Below, piece after piece: positions 9,137-17,352 of a stretch of 64,000 nucleotides of DNA. Origin of the DNA: an uncultured bacterium. GTDB lineage: Bacteria; Bdellovibrionota; JACOXK01; 2-02-FULL-40-11. Position numbers and translations under genes: made by a program. The stretch is from NCBI GenBank assembly GCA_964371555.1, contig CAYJMQ010000003.1:1290-65289 (forward strand), written 5' to 3'. Every line of letters begins with the position of its first letter. Position 1 is the stretch's first letter. The notes below the pieces were generated by a model that ran no database searches, was not told the origin of the DNA, and was given only the letters and a program-made list of their open reading frames with translations.

Positions 9137-10248
9137 TGCGGGTTATCATCATAGGGGCTGGTGTCGTAGGCTGCGCAATTGCAAAGGAGCTCTCAGAACC
9201 CAACATAGAAGTCCATGTTCTTGAAAAGAACTCAAAAACAGGGGAGGGGGTCACAAGCCGAAATAGTGGTGTTATCCACGCGGGGCTCTATTATCCACCA
9301 CATTCTCTGAAGGCACGGCTTTGCGTTGAGGGGAGAGGGCTGCTTTATGATTGGTGTGAAAAGAAAGGCGTCCCCCATCGAAAAACAGGAAAGCTGATAG
9401 CAGCGCTTCTTCCTGCGGAAGAGGCGCTAAAAAACATTTATAAGAACGCGATAACAAGTGGAGTTTCACCATCTGGTCTGAGATGGATTTCAAAAAAAGA
9501 AATTCAAAAGATCAATCCTTATATCACAGGTGATATCGCCCTTCATTCGCTGCAATCGGGGATTGTCGATGCCGATGCCCTTTGTTTTTCATTTTATAGA
9601 GAGGCTTGTCAAAAGGGGGCAGAGTTTCATTTTTATTGTGATGTGAATGGCATCAATCGAGTATCCTCTTGCTACCTCATCCGCACCTCAAGGGGGGATC
9701 TCGAAGCTGATATCGTCATTAACGCTGCCGGTCTCTATGCCGATGTGATTTCAAAACTCGCTGGATGTGATCGTTATACAATTTATCCCTGGCGAGGCGA
9801 CTATTTTAAAGTGAATCTTCCTTACCCAATCGATATTTTGGTCTACCCTGTCCGAAAACCCGATGCGGCAGGTCTTGGAATTCATCTGACAATCGATCTG
9901 AACTCTCAAACCTTTTTGGGTCCAGATTCAGATCCGCCAAGCGCTTTTGAAATCAAAAATCACGCCGCGTTGCAAAAAATGAAAGAAGATTTTTCTGAAA
10001 GGCCGGAGAAACTCATGAAATTTTATGAGGCTGCGTCTCAACTTTTATCCGGCCTCAAACCCGAAATGCTCACCTATGAGACCTGCGGGATTCGTCCCAA
10101 ACTTCGCGCGTTTGATTCCTCCAATGAAGAAAAGGATTTTGTAATCTCCGAAGATCTCCCGGGTTTTTTCAATCTCATCGGCATCGAAAGCCCCGGCCTC
10201 ACCGCAAGCCCCGCGATTGCGCGGCATATAAAGAAGCTGCTGACATAG
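9133..10248 (+). CDS. FAD-dependent oxidoreductase of the L-2-hydroxyglutarate oxidase/dehydrogenase (LhgO) family.
   Basis: VIIIGAGVVGCAIAKEL and TSRNSGVIHAGLYYPPHSLKARLCVEG match LhgO-type flavoenzymes. ATGA start/stop overlap with the preceding dehydrogenase. Confidence 0.7.
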   Translation: MMRVIIIGAGVVGCAIAKELSEPNIEVHVLEKNSKTGEGVTSRNSGVIHAGLYYPPHSLKARLCVEGRGLLYDWCEKKGVPHRKTGKLIAALLPAEEALKNIYKNAITSGVSPSGLRWISKKEIQKINPYITGDIALHSLQSGIVDADALCFSFYREACQKGAEFHFYCDVNGINRVSSCYLIRTSRGDLEADIVINAAGLYADVISKLAGCDRYTIYPWRGDYFKVNLPYPIDILVYPVRKPDAAGLGIHLTIDLNSQTFLGPDSDPPSAFEIKNHAALQKMKEDFSERPEKLMKFYEAASQLLSGLKPEMLTYETCGIRPKLRAFDSSNEEKDFVISEDLPGFFNLIGIESPGLTASPAIARHIKKLLT

Positions 10249-10261
10249 GGGGAGGGGGAAG

Positions 10262-10705
10262 TTAAATTTTCGGTGTCGATTCAAGAGAGAATTGGGGAGT
10301 GGCGATTTCTAAGAGTGGGATTTTGACGAAGTCCCGATCTTTGATGTGGGGATGGGGGAGAGTGAGGTCAATGGTTTTCATGGTGAGGGAGTCGTAGAGC
10401 AAGAGATCGAGATCGATCGTTCGGGGGCCCCAGCGGAAGGTTTCTTCCCGCCCGATCTCTTTTTCAATCTGCTTTAGGGTTTTCAATAGCTCCACCGGTG
10501 AAAGTGAGGTTTTGATTTCGATTGCCCCGTTGATGAATTTGGGCTGATCGGTGTATCCGACAGGATCGGTTTCTATCCACGATGAGACTTTGGTTACTTT
10601 TATTTTGGGATGGTTGTCTAGTTTTGAGACGGCATCTTTGCAATTTTTAAGTCGGTCGCCGAGATTAGAGCCGATGCCGATGTAGGCGATTTGCTGCTTC
10701 ATCAA
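10262..10705 (-). CDS. folK: 2-amino-4-hydroxy-6-hydroxymethyldihydropteridine pyrophosphokinase (HPPK).
   Basis: IAYIGIGSNLGDR...RWGPRTIDLDLLLYD are canonical HPPK motifs. Confidence 0.85.
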   Translation of the reverse strand: MMKQQIAYIGIGSNLGDRLKNCKDAVSKLDNHPKIKVTKVSSWIETDPVGYTDQPKFINGAIEIKTSLSPVELLKTLKQIEKEIGREETFRWGPRTIDLDLLLYDSLTMKTIDLTLPHPHIKDRDFVKIPLLEIATPQFSLESTPKI

Positions 10706-11819
10706 TTTTTTCTTCAGAAACTGTTAACGAAAACCTGAAAAATCCTTCCCCTTCTTCACCAAACCCAATTCCCGGTGTGGTGACAATGCCATATTTCATA
10801 AGAAGCTCACTACAAAAATCGATCGATGGGGTCGATTTCGGGGTTTTTGCCCAGACATAGAAGGTTGCCTTCGGTTCAAAGTATTCGATTCCTATTTTTT
10901 GTAAAACCGAAAGTAAAAGATCTCTCCTTTTTCGCATGATTTGTCTCTGTGAGACGACAAAATCGTCCCCCTCTTTCAGCGCTACTGCAGCCGCGTGCTG
11001 AATGGCTTTGAACTGACCGGAATCGAGATTGGTTTTTAATTTTCCCAACGCCTCAATCAATTTTTCATTCCCCGCCGCGAAACCAATTCTCCAGCCGGTC
11101 ATGTTGAAGGTTTTTGAAAGGGAATGAAACTCAATTGCAACATCTTTGGCCCCTGGAATTTGAAGAATACTTGGCGAGGGCTCATGAGAGAGATAAATCT
11201 CGGAATAGGCGGCATCGTGGCAGAGAATGGTTTCTGTTTTATTTGCCCAATGGACAACTTGATCAAAGAAAGAGAGAGATGCCGTTGCCGAGGTCGGATT
11301 GTTTGGATAATTGAAATAGAAAAGTTTTGCCCCCCGCTCGAGACTTGAAAGATCGGGAAGAAAATTATTTTCCAGTTTAAGGGGAACCGGAATCGGAATT
11401 CCGGCCGCAAATTGCGTGGCTGCTTTATATACCGGGTAACCAGGGGTTGTATAAAGCACGCCATCATGAGGGTTGACAAGCGAAAGCGGGAGATGACCGA
11501 TTCCTTCTTTAGAACCGATGAGAACCAGAATTTCTTTATTCGGGTCAAGACGAACTTGAAAACGTTTGAAGAACCACTCTGCGATTTCGAATCGAAATTC
11601 TTCCGTTCCAGCATAAGGCGGATAACGATGGTATTGACTCTGTGTGAGCCCATCTTTAAGCGCGTCTAGAATGAATTGGGGTGTTGGGAGATCAGGATCC
11701 CCAACACCAAAATCAATGAGATCGACCCCCTTTTTTTTAATCTCGTTTTTCATCTGGTCGATTTTGGCAAACAGATATGGGGGAAGATTTTTAAGACGAT
11801 CTGAAAGTTCAATCTTCAT
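10665..11819 (-). CDS. dapL: Class I/II aminotransferase, most likely LL-diaminopimelate aminotransferase (DapL).
   Basis: Fold-type I PLP aminotransferase (LPPYLFAKI..., SLSKTFNMTGWRIGF with PLP-lysine context). Sits contiguous with dapB, dapA and dapF. Confidence 0.55.
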   Translation of the reverse strand: MKIELSDRLKNLPPYLFAKIDQMKNEIKKKGVDLIDFGVGDPDLPTPQFILDALKDGLTQSQYHRYPPYAGTEEFRFEIAEWFFKRFQVRLDPNKEILVLIGSKEGIGHLPLSLVNPHDGVLYTTPGYPVYKAATQFAAGIPIPVPLKLENNFLPDLSSLERGAKLFYFNYPNNPTSATASLSFFDQVVHWANKTETILCHDAAYSEIYLSHEPSPSILQIPGAKDVAIEFHSLSKTFNMTGWRIGFAAGNEKLIEALGKLKTNLDSGQFKAIQHAAAVALKEGDDFVVSQRQIMRKRRDLLLSVLQKIGIEYFEPKATFYVWAKTPKSTPSIDFCSELLMKYGIVTTPGIGFGEEGEGFFRFSLTVSEEKIDEAANRLHRHRL

Positions 11820-12553
11820 TCTTCAGGTTCCTTCAGGAAATGTTTCATCGAATAGAGTCCCGGCTTTTGAGTGATAATCCACTGAGCCGCTTCCAGCGCG
11901 CCCCGGGCAAAAATAGTTCGTGAAGCGGCCCGATGGGTCAGCTCCAGGCGCTCCCCTTCTCCGAGAAATAAAATCGTATGTTCACCAATGACATCTCCAC
12001 CGCGAATGCTTTCCACCGTCACATCACCTCTGACTGCTTTGACGGTTTCTGAAAGCTGCTTTGCCGTGCCGCTCGGGGCATCCTTTTTATCACGGTGATG
12101 AACTTCAACAATATGAGGTGTGAACGTTTTGGGGAGTAATTTTGCGGCGCTTTCCAGCAAAGAGATAAGAACATTGACCCCGATGCTTGTGTTCGGAGCC
12201 AAAAGAACAGCCTGAGATTCAGAGAGTTTTTTAATTTCTTCTTTTTGTTCTTTCGAATATCCCGTTGTTCCGATGACCGCGGGGCAACGGAATTCGCGAA
12301 GGAGGGGGAGAAACCGCATGGTGGCGCCTGGTTCTGTGAAATCGACAAATACATCGATATTTTTTAGCGAATTTTCAGAGATTGTTTCATACCTGACCGA
12401 TTCGTTCAGATGTTTTTCTCTGAGAGGATCCGCTTCCGACACAAAAGCCCTCGAGAGCTTTAAGTTCGGATAATTCCCCGCTTCAAGCAAGGAAATCATC
12501 GCTTTTCCCATTCTTCCGGCGGCCCCGGCAATGGCTAAATGAATCATAAACAT
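11816..12553 (-). CDS. dapB: 4-hydroxy-tetrahydrodipicolinate reductase.
   Basis: MIHLAIAGAAGRMGKAMISLL N-terminus and the DapB-typical EVHHRDKKDAPSGTA motif. Confidence 0.85.
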   Translation of the reverse strand: MFMIHLAIAGAAGRMGKAMISLLEAGNYPNLKLSRAFVSEADPLREKHLNESVRYETISENSLKNIDVFVDFTEPGATMRFLPLLREFRCPAVIGTTGYSKEQKEEIKKLSESQAVLLAPNTSIGVNVLISLLESAAKLLPKTFTPHIVEVHHRDKKDAPSGTAKQLSETVKAVRGDVTVESIRGGDVIGEHTILFLGEGERLELTHRAASRTIFARGALEAAQWIITQKPGLYSMKHFLKEPEE

Positions 12554-12555
12554 AC

Positions 12556-13431
12556 CTAAATGAGTTCCAATTTCCGGAGGGTATTTTCAAGTTGTTCGAA
12601 ATTTTTAGATTCCATTTCACACAGGGGGAGACGAAATTCCAAAGGTATCTTTTTCATGAGGGAAAGAGCCGTTTTTGCGGGAACAGGATTTGTTTCAATA
12701 AAAAGCGCCTGGATGAGCGGATAGAGTTTAAAGTGAATCGATTGAGCGGTAGTGAGATCGCCGGTTTTAAAAGAGGTATGGAGTTTTTTAAAGAGACGGG
12801 GTGTAATATTTGAAACGACAGAGATCACACCTTGAGCCCCAATGCCCAAAAGCGGCAAAAATGTAAAATCATCCCCGGAAATGAGGCTCATTTTTCCTTT
12901 GGTTTCCTGCACGACTTCGGACGCAAACGAGAGCGAGCCAGTCGCTTCTTTAATTGCGACAATGTTTTCAATTTTAGAAAGTCTGCCGATGGTTTGTGGA
13001 GTTAAGGAGACTGCTGTCCGTCCGGGGACATTATAAAGGATCAGGGGGAGGCCGATTTTAGAAATGGCTTCAAAGTGTCGATAGAGCCCTTCCTGGCTTG
13101 GTTTGTTGTAATAAGGGGTTACGATCAGCGCGGCAGAGGCCCCCTGTTTTTTTGCCCATGCCGTAAGTTCAAGAGTCTCTTCTGTGTTGTTTGTCCCGGA
13201 TCCTGCAATAACCGGTACCCGGTTTTTTGCCTGGTTTATTACAATTTCAATGACCTGCTTTTTTTCTTCATGAGAGAGAGTAGCCGATTCGGCGGTCGTT
13301 CCACAGGCGACAAATCCATCCACCCCTTCCTCAATTTGCCAATCGATGAGCGATCGAAGCGATGGTTCGTCGATTTCACGATTCTTAAAAGGGGTGATTA
13401 AGGCTGTATAGATTCCCCTAAACTGATTCAT
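12556..13431 (-). CDS. dapA: 4-hydroxy-tetrahydrodipicolinate synthase.
   Basis: GIYTALITPF...GVDGFVACGTTAESATLSHEEKKQVIE is a typical DapA sequence. Confidence 0.9.
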   Translation of the reverse strand: MNQFRGIYTALITPFKNREIDEPSLRSLIDWQIEEGVDGFVACGTTAESATLSHEEKKQVIEIVINQAKNRVPVIAGSGTNNTEETLELTAWAKKQGASAALIVTPYYNKPSQEGLYRHFEAISKIGLPLILYNVPGRTAVSLTPQTIGRLSKIENIVAIKEATGSLSFASEVVQETKGKMSLISGDDFTFLPLLGIGAQGVISVVSNITPRLFKKLHTSFKTGDLTTAQSIHFKLYPLIQALFIETNPVPAKTALSLMKKIPLEFRLPLCEMESKNFEQLENTLRKLELI

Positions 13432-14266
13432 CTGTTAATTCCCCGCGGAAGACCACACGCGCATCCCCCTCCAGACAAACGTTTGTGTAACTCTTTCCAT
13501 TTTCTTCAAAGTAGACAATAAGATCCCCCCCCATGGTTTTAACCAAAACAGGGGAGGCATTGATCAACTTCTTTGCGTGCGCAATCAGCGCCGATGCAAC
13601 AACGCCTGTTCCACAGGCCTGTGTAATATCTTCAACCCCCCGTTCGTATGTTTTTACCTTAAGGGTCGGTTTGTGCTCCTTGGTAAGGGCTTCAATGAAA
13701 TTAACATTGGCGCCAGTCGGCTGAAAATATTTGTGGCTCCGAATGGTTTGCCCGAGTTCTTTGAGCGTTTGAAGCGTGAAATCCTCGAGCCGTTCCATTT
13801 CAAGCACAGCATGCGGAACCCCTGTATTGATTCGGGAGAGGGTTACAGTTCCACGTTCCGTGCTCAATTGGATGTCGAGTTTTAATTGCGTCGGTTCTGT
13901 CATTTTTACTTTGACAGAGCGGCCATTGACCTCGGCGTGAATGATGCCGGCGCGGGTTTCAAAAGAGAGCTTTGGACCTGTGATGCCTTCAAGATAACTG
14001 AATCTTGCGGCACAGCGTGAACCGTTGCCGCACATTTCAGCTTCGAGGCCGTCACAGTTGAAAAACCGCCATTTAAAGTCGGCTTTATCAGAAGGCTCAA
14101 TGAGAATGAGACCATCCCCCCCCACTGAGTATTTACGGGTGCAGAGTTTTTGTACCCAGTCTCCCCAGTTCCCAAGACGATCCGCGTCCAGGTATTGTTT
14201 GCGGTTATCAATAATAATAAAATCATTCGCCGCCCCGCTCATTTTGGTGAATGGAATCTTTGTCAT
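13418..14266 (-). CDS. dapF: Diaminopimelate epimerase.
   Basis: FTKMSGAANDFIIIDNR and the CGNGSRC catalytic-Cys motif. Confidence 0.9.
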   Translation of the reverse strand: MTKIPFTKMSGAANDFIIIDNRKQYLDADRLGNWGDWVQKLCTRKYSVGGDGLILIEPSDKADFKWRFFNCDGLEAEMCGNGSRCAARFSYLEGITGPKLSFETRAGIIHAEVNGRSVKVKMTEPTQLKLDIQLSTERGTVTLSRINTGVPHAVLEMERLEDFTLQTLKELGQTIRSHKYFQPTGANVNFIEALTKEHKPTLKVKTYERGVEDITQACGTGVVASALIAHAKKLINASPVLVKTMGGDLIVYFEENGKSYTNVCLEGDARVVFRGELTDESV

Positions 14267-14314
14267 AAACGCGGAAGTTTAGCCTCAATCGTGAGGGAAG
14301 TCAATTCCTCTGGC

Positions 14315-14503
14315 TTAATATTTGGACTTCTTTTTTTTCTCTTTTTTGGATTCTTCTTTAAATGAATCTTTGGCTGATTCTTTCGATTCACTCTTTTGAA
14401 TCGCTTCTTTAAGAGGAGGGAGGGGGGGGGCTTTTACGCCACAGGCTGTCATTAAATACATAATCCCCACGATTATCCCCATGATGGTCGCCGTCATTTT
14501 CAT
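14315..14503 (-). CDS. Small lysine-rich lipoprotein (hypothetical).
   Basis: Signal peptide with lipobox (LMTAC), a PPLPPL stretch encoded by a C9 homopolymer, and a K/E-rich tail. 62 aa. Confidence 0.35.
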   Translation of the reverse strand: MKMTATIMGIIVGIMYLMTACGVKAPPLPPLKEAIQKSESKESAKDSFKEESKKEKKKKSKY

Positions 14504-14530
14504 TCGGGCACCGTAACATATTTTTTTTAC

Positions 14531-15256
14531 TTGTCGATTGGAATCTCTTCTGAGAGTAATACCGTCATGAAATCGTTATTGGCGATTTTGTTTATCATTA
14601 TTATTGGGATTGGGGGTGGGGGGGGGCTGAGGGCCTCGGATTTGGTTGAGAGACTTGAGAAAAGTTATCTTTCTATTGAGGATTTTCAGGCAAATTTTGA
14701 GCAGATCGAAACCAATGTCCTTTTAAACAGGGTAAAAAAAACAACGGGGATTATTTATTCTCTCCCCCTTGGCAAGATTTTTTGGCATACCAGGCATCCC
14801 TCCCCTCTGAAAGTGATATCCAACGGCAGGGATGTCTGGATGTTTGATCCAAAAGTCCCGCAGGTTATACACGAGCGCTGGGAAGGGTTGGACGATCAGA
14901 CAAGGCTTGCTCTTCTTTTTTTAAGAAGGGAGGGAAAGTTCAAAGACCATTTTAAAACTTTTGAAAACCTGAAACAGCAGAAACTCACGCTGATTCCAAA
15001 AAAAGCGATCGGTATTTCAAAGATTATCGTGCGGCTTTTTGCTTATCCGTCAGAGAAAGAGGGGGATACGCATTTATTTTTTAAAAAAATTACCTTTTAT
15101 TTTCAACTGGAAAGGAAAACCGATCTGATTTTGGAAGTTGTAAAGTTCAATCAAAAATTAATGCAAAAACATAGAGAGAATCCGATCGATGAAACAATCG
15201 ACCGCAACTTTGGTTTCATAAATCCCTTGAAAACATTAGAGAAAAAGTCAAAATAG
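14531..15256 (+). CDS. LolA-like outer-membrane lipoprotein carrier/chaperone family protein.
   Basis: N-terminal signal or anchor, then LVERLEKSYLSIEDFQANFEQ and later DVWMFDP, resembling the LolA/LolB fold family. The start may be the internal Met at about 14567. Confidence 0.5.
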   Translation: MSIGISSESNTVMKSLLAILFIIIIGIGGGGGLRASDLVERLEKSYLSIEDFQANFEQIETNVLLNRVKKTTGIIYSLPLGKIFWHTRHPSPLKVISNGRDVWMFDPKVPQVIHERWEGLDDQTRLALLFLRREGKFKDHFKTFENLKQQKLTLIPKKAIGISKIIVRLFAYPSEKEGDTHLFFKKITFYFQLERKTDLILEVVKFNQKLMQKHRENPIDETIDRNFGFINPLKTLEKKSK

Positions 15257-15258
15257 AG

Positions 15259-15287
15259 TTGACATTAAGCAGAGTATTTGCATAAAG
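15259..15287 (+). promoter_or_regulatory. Sigma-70-type promoter for cspA: TTGACA, 17-nt spacer, ATAAAG. It implies a 5-prime UTR of roughly 130 nt.
   Basis: TTGACA at 15259-15264, spacer 15265-15281, -10-like ATAAAG at 15282-15287. The cspA ATG is at 15427. Confidence 0.45.
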
Positions 15288-15426
15288 TGGATTTGAAGGA
15301 TGGGCTCTTTAAGGGTCCAAAGGTATCGTGTGTGGGGTGTCAAAAAGCACGGCCGCACTGTCCTGATAAAAGCAGTTGTTACAAGGTTACTGTGGTTGTT
15401 TTACAGTACAGGAGGTCATTTAAGTT

Positions 15427-15627
15427 ATGGCGAACGGATATGTGAAGTGGTTCAATGATACAAAGGGATATGGTTTCATTGAACAAGAAGGTGGTCGGGA
15501 TGTTTTTGTGCATTATTCTGCCATTCAGGGAGAAGGATATAAAACATTGTCGGAAGGACAGCTCGTTGAATTTGAAATGGTGGAGGGTCCCAAGGGTCCT
15601 CAGGCGACAAGAGTCGCTAAAAAATAA
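15427..15627 (+). CDS. cspA: Cold-shock protein (CspA family).
   Basis: [34 protein letters not shown] is a canonical cold-shock domain carrying RNP1 and RNP2 motifs. Confidence 0.95.
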   Translation: MANGYVKWFNDTKGYGFIEQEGGRDVFVHYSAIQGEGYKTLSEGQLVEFEMVEGPKGPQATRVAKK

Positions 15628-15772
15628 CAAGCCCCGGTAAAAGCCTTTCTTAATTTTCTGTTGTCAAAAAGACTCCAAACAAAGAAGGGCTTTTTTTCAT
15701 CTTATTAGTCCCGATTCATTTGTGATTTTCAAATTTTTGTATTAAGAGAAGGGCTATGTCTTTGGAATTTTT

Positions 15773-16849
15773 ATGAAAGGACTCATTTTAAGCGGCGGGC
15801 ATGGCACAAGGCTCCGCCCGATTACTCACACATCGGCAAAGCAGCTTGTTCCTGTGGCGAATAAACCGATTCTCTTTTATGGCATTGAGGCGCTGAGGGA
15901 CGCGGGGATCAGGGATATCGGTATCGTTGTTGGGGAAACAAAAGATGAAATCAGGGGGGCTATTCAGCAAGGGGAAAAATTCGGGGTCAGAATCACCTAT
16001 ATTGAGCAGCCAGAACCGCTCGGTCTTGCCCATGCGGCGCTTACGGCAGAGCCTTATTTGAAAGATTCTGAATTTATCATGTATCTGGGAGATAATTTAA
16101 TTAAAGGAGGGGTCAGGGATTTTGTCGAAAAATTTAAAAGGGAACGCCCCTCCGCTCAGATCCTTCTTGTAAAAGTGCCAAACCCGCAGCAATTTGGAGT
16201 GGCAGAGATCGAACATCAAAATGGAGTGACAAGGGTGGTTCGTCTGGTTGAAAAACCAAAAGATCCCAAAAGCGATTTGGCTCTGGCCGGTGTTTATCTT
16301 TTTAATTCTGATATTTTTAAAGCTGCCCGATCGATCGATTTTTCCGGACGGGGTGAACTTGAAATTACAGACGCAATTCAATGGCTGATCGATCATCATT
16401 ACAAAGTGTACTCCGATATTATTAAGGGATGGTGGAAAGACACCGGAAAATTAGAAGATCTTCTCGAGGCAAATCGGATGATGTGCGATGATCTGGAAGC
16501 AAAGATTTTAGGTGTGGTTGATGCGCGATCCAAAATTGAATTCAGGGTTTTTATCGACGAGGGGGCAGTCATTGAAAACAGCGTCATTCGCGGTCCCTCT
16601 ATGGTTGGGAAAAATACAAAGATCGTCGATTCTTATGTGGGGCCTTTTACTTCCATAAATGATCATTGCGAAATCAGAGGGAGTGAGATAGAGCACAGTA
16701 TCATTCTACAGGGGAGCAAGATTATGAATATTCGTCATCGGATATCGGACAGTCTGATCGGAAAAAATGTTGAAATTGCCGGCAATGTCCGACGAACGAA
16801 GTGTCATCAATTTATGGTTGGCGATAGTTCGAGAATTGAACTGACATGA
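15773..16849 (+). CDS. rmlA: Glucose-1-phosphate thymidylyltransferase, long form with a C-terminal left-handed beta-helix.
   Basis: MKGLILSGGHGTRLRPITHTSAKQLVPVANKPILFYGIEAL N-terminus. Its 358-aa length matches long-form RmlA. Confidence 0.85.
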   Translation: MKGLILSGGHGTRLRPITHTSAKQLVPVANKPILFYGIEALRDAGIRDIGIVVGETKDEIRGAIQQGEKFGVRITYIEQPEPLGLAHAALTAEPYLKDSEFIMYLGDNLIKGGVRDFVEKFKRERPSAQILLVKVPNPQQFGVAEIEHQNGVTRVVRLVEKPKDPKSDLALAGVYLFNSDIFKAARSIDFSGRGELEITDAIQWLIDHHYKVYSDIIKGWWKDTGKLEDLLEANRMMCDDLEAKILGVVDARSKIEFRVFIDEGAVIENSVIRGPSMVGKNTKIVDSYVGPFTSINDHCEIRGSEIEHSIILQGSKIMNIRHRISDSLIGKNVEIAGNVRRTKCHQFMVGDSSRIELT

Positions 16850-17316
16850 TTACAAAGGAATTGATTTCAGGGGTTCAAACAAAAAAACTGACAGTGATCC
16901 CTGATGAGCGGGGGCGTTTAATGGAAATCCTTCGTTCGGATGAGGCGATTTTTAAAAAATTTGGACAGCTTTATATGACGGCTGCTTCCGACGGTGTCGT
17001 GAAAGGATGGCATTATCACAAAGTTCAGTGGGATAACTTTTCTGTGGTCAGGGGGATGATCAAGCTTGTGCTCTATGACAGCCGATCTGATTCACCGACA
17101 TATCGCAAGATCAATGAATTCTTCATCGGCGAATATAATCCGCTGCTGGTTCACATTCCCCCCTATGTCTATCATGGCTTCAAGGGGATCAGTCATCCTG
17201 AAGCAATCGTAATTAATTGTCCGACGGAGGTTTATCATTACAAAGATCCGGATGAATTTCGTGCCGACCCGCATAATAGTGAAATCCCTTATGACTGGTC
17301 ACGGCGTGATGGATAA
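16846..17316 (+). CDS. rmlC: dTDP-4-dehydrorhamnose 3,5-epimerase.
   Basis: Cupin fold with the WHYHKVQWDNFSVVRGMIKLVLYD motif. ATGA overlap with rmlA. Confidence 0.85.
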   Translation: MITKELISGVQTKKLTVIPDERGRLMEILRSDEAIFKKFGQLYMTAASDGVVKGWHYHKVQWDNFSVVRGMIKLVLYDSRSDSPTYRKINEFFIGEYNPLLVHIPPYVYHGFKGISHPEAIVINCPTEVYHYKDPDEFRADPHNSEIPYDWSRRDG

Positions 17317-17352
17317 AGGCAGGCTTTTTAAAAAGCATCAGATGATCAAAGC

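Noticed and set aside
11099-11653. 184-aa minus-strand ORF inside the aminotransferase gene, plus several 60-110-aa ORFs nested in dapA, dapF, lon, rpoN and others
   Set aside because: They sit alternate-frame within strongly supported conserved genes and have low-complexity or biased composition. They are treated as spurious.
15628-15772. Rho-independent terminator after cspA
   Set aside because: A T-run is present (about 15706-15712), but the only complementary segment lies more than 30 nt upstream, giving a poor stem-loop. It is left uncalled.
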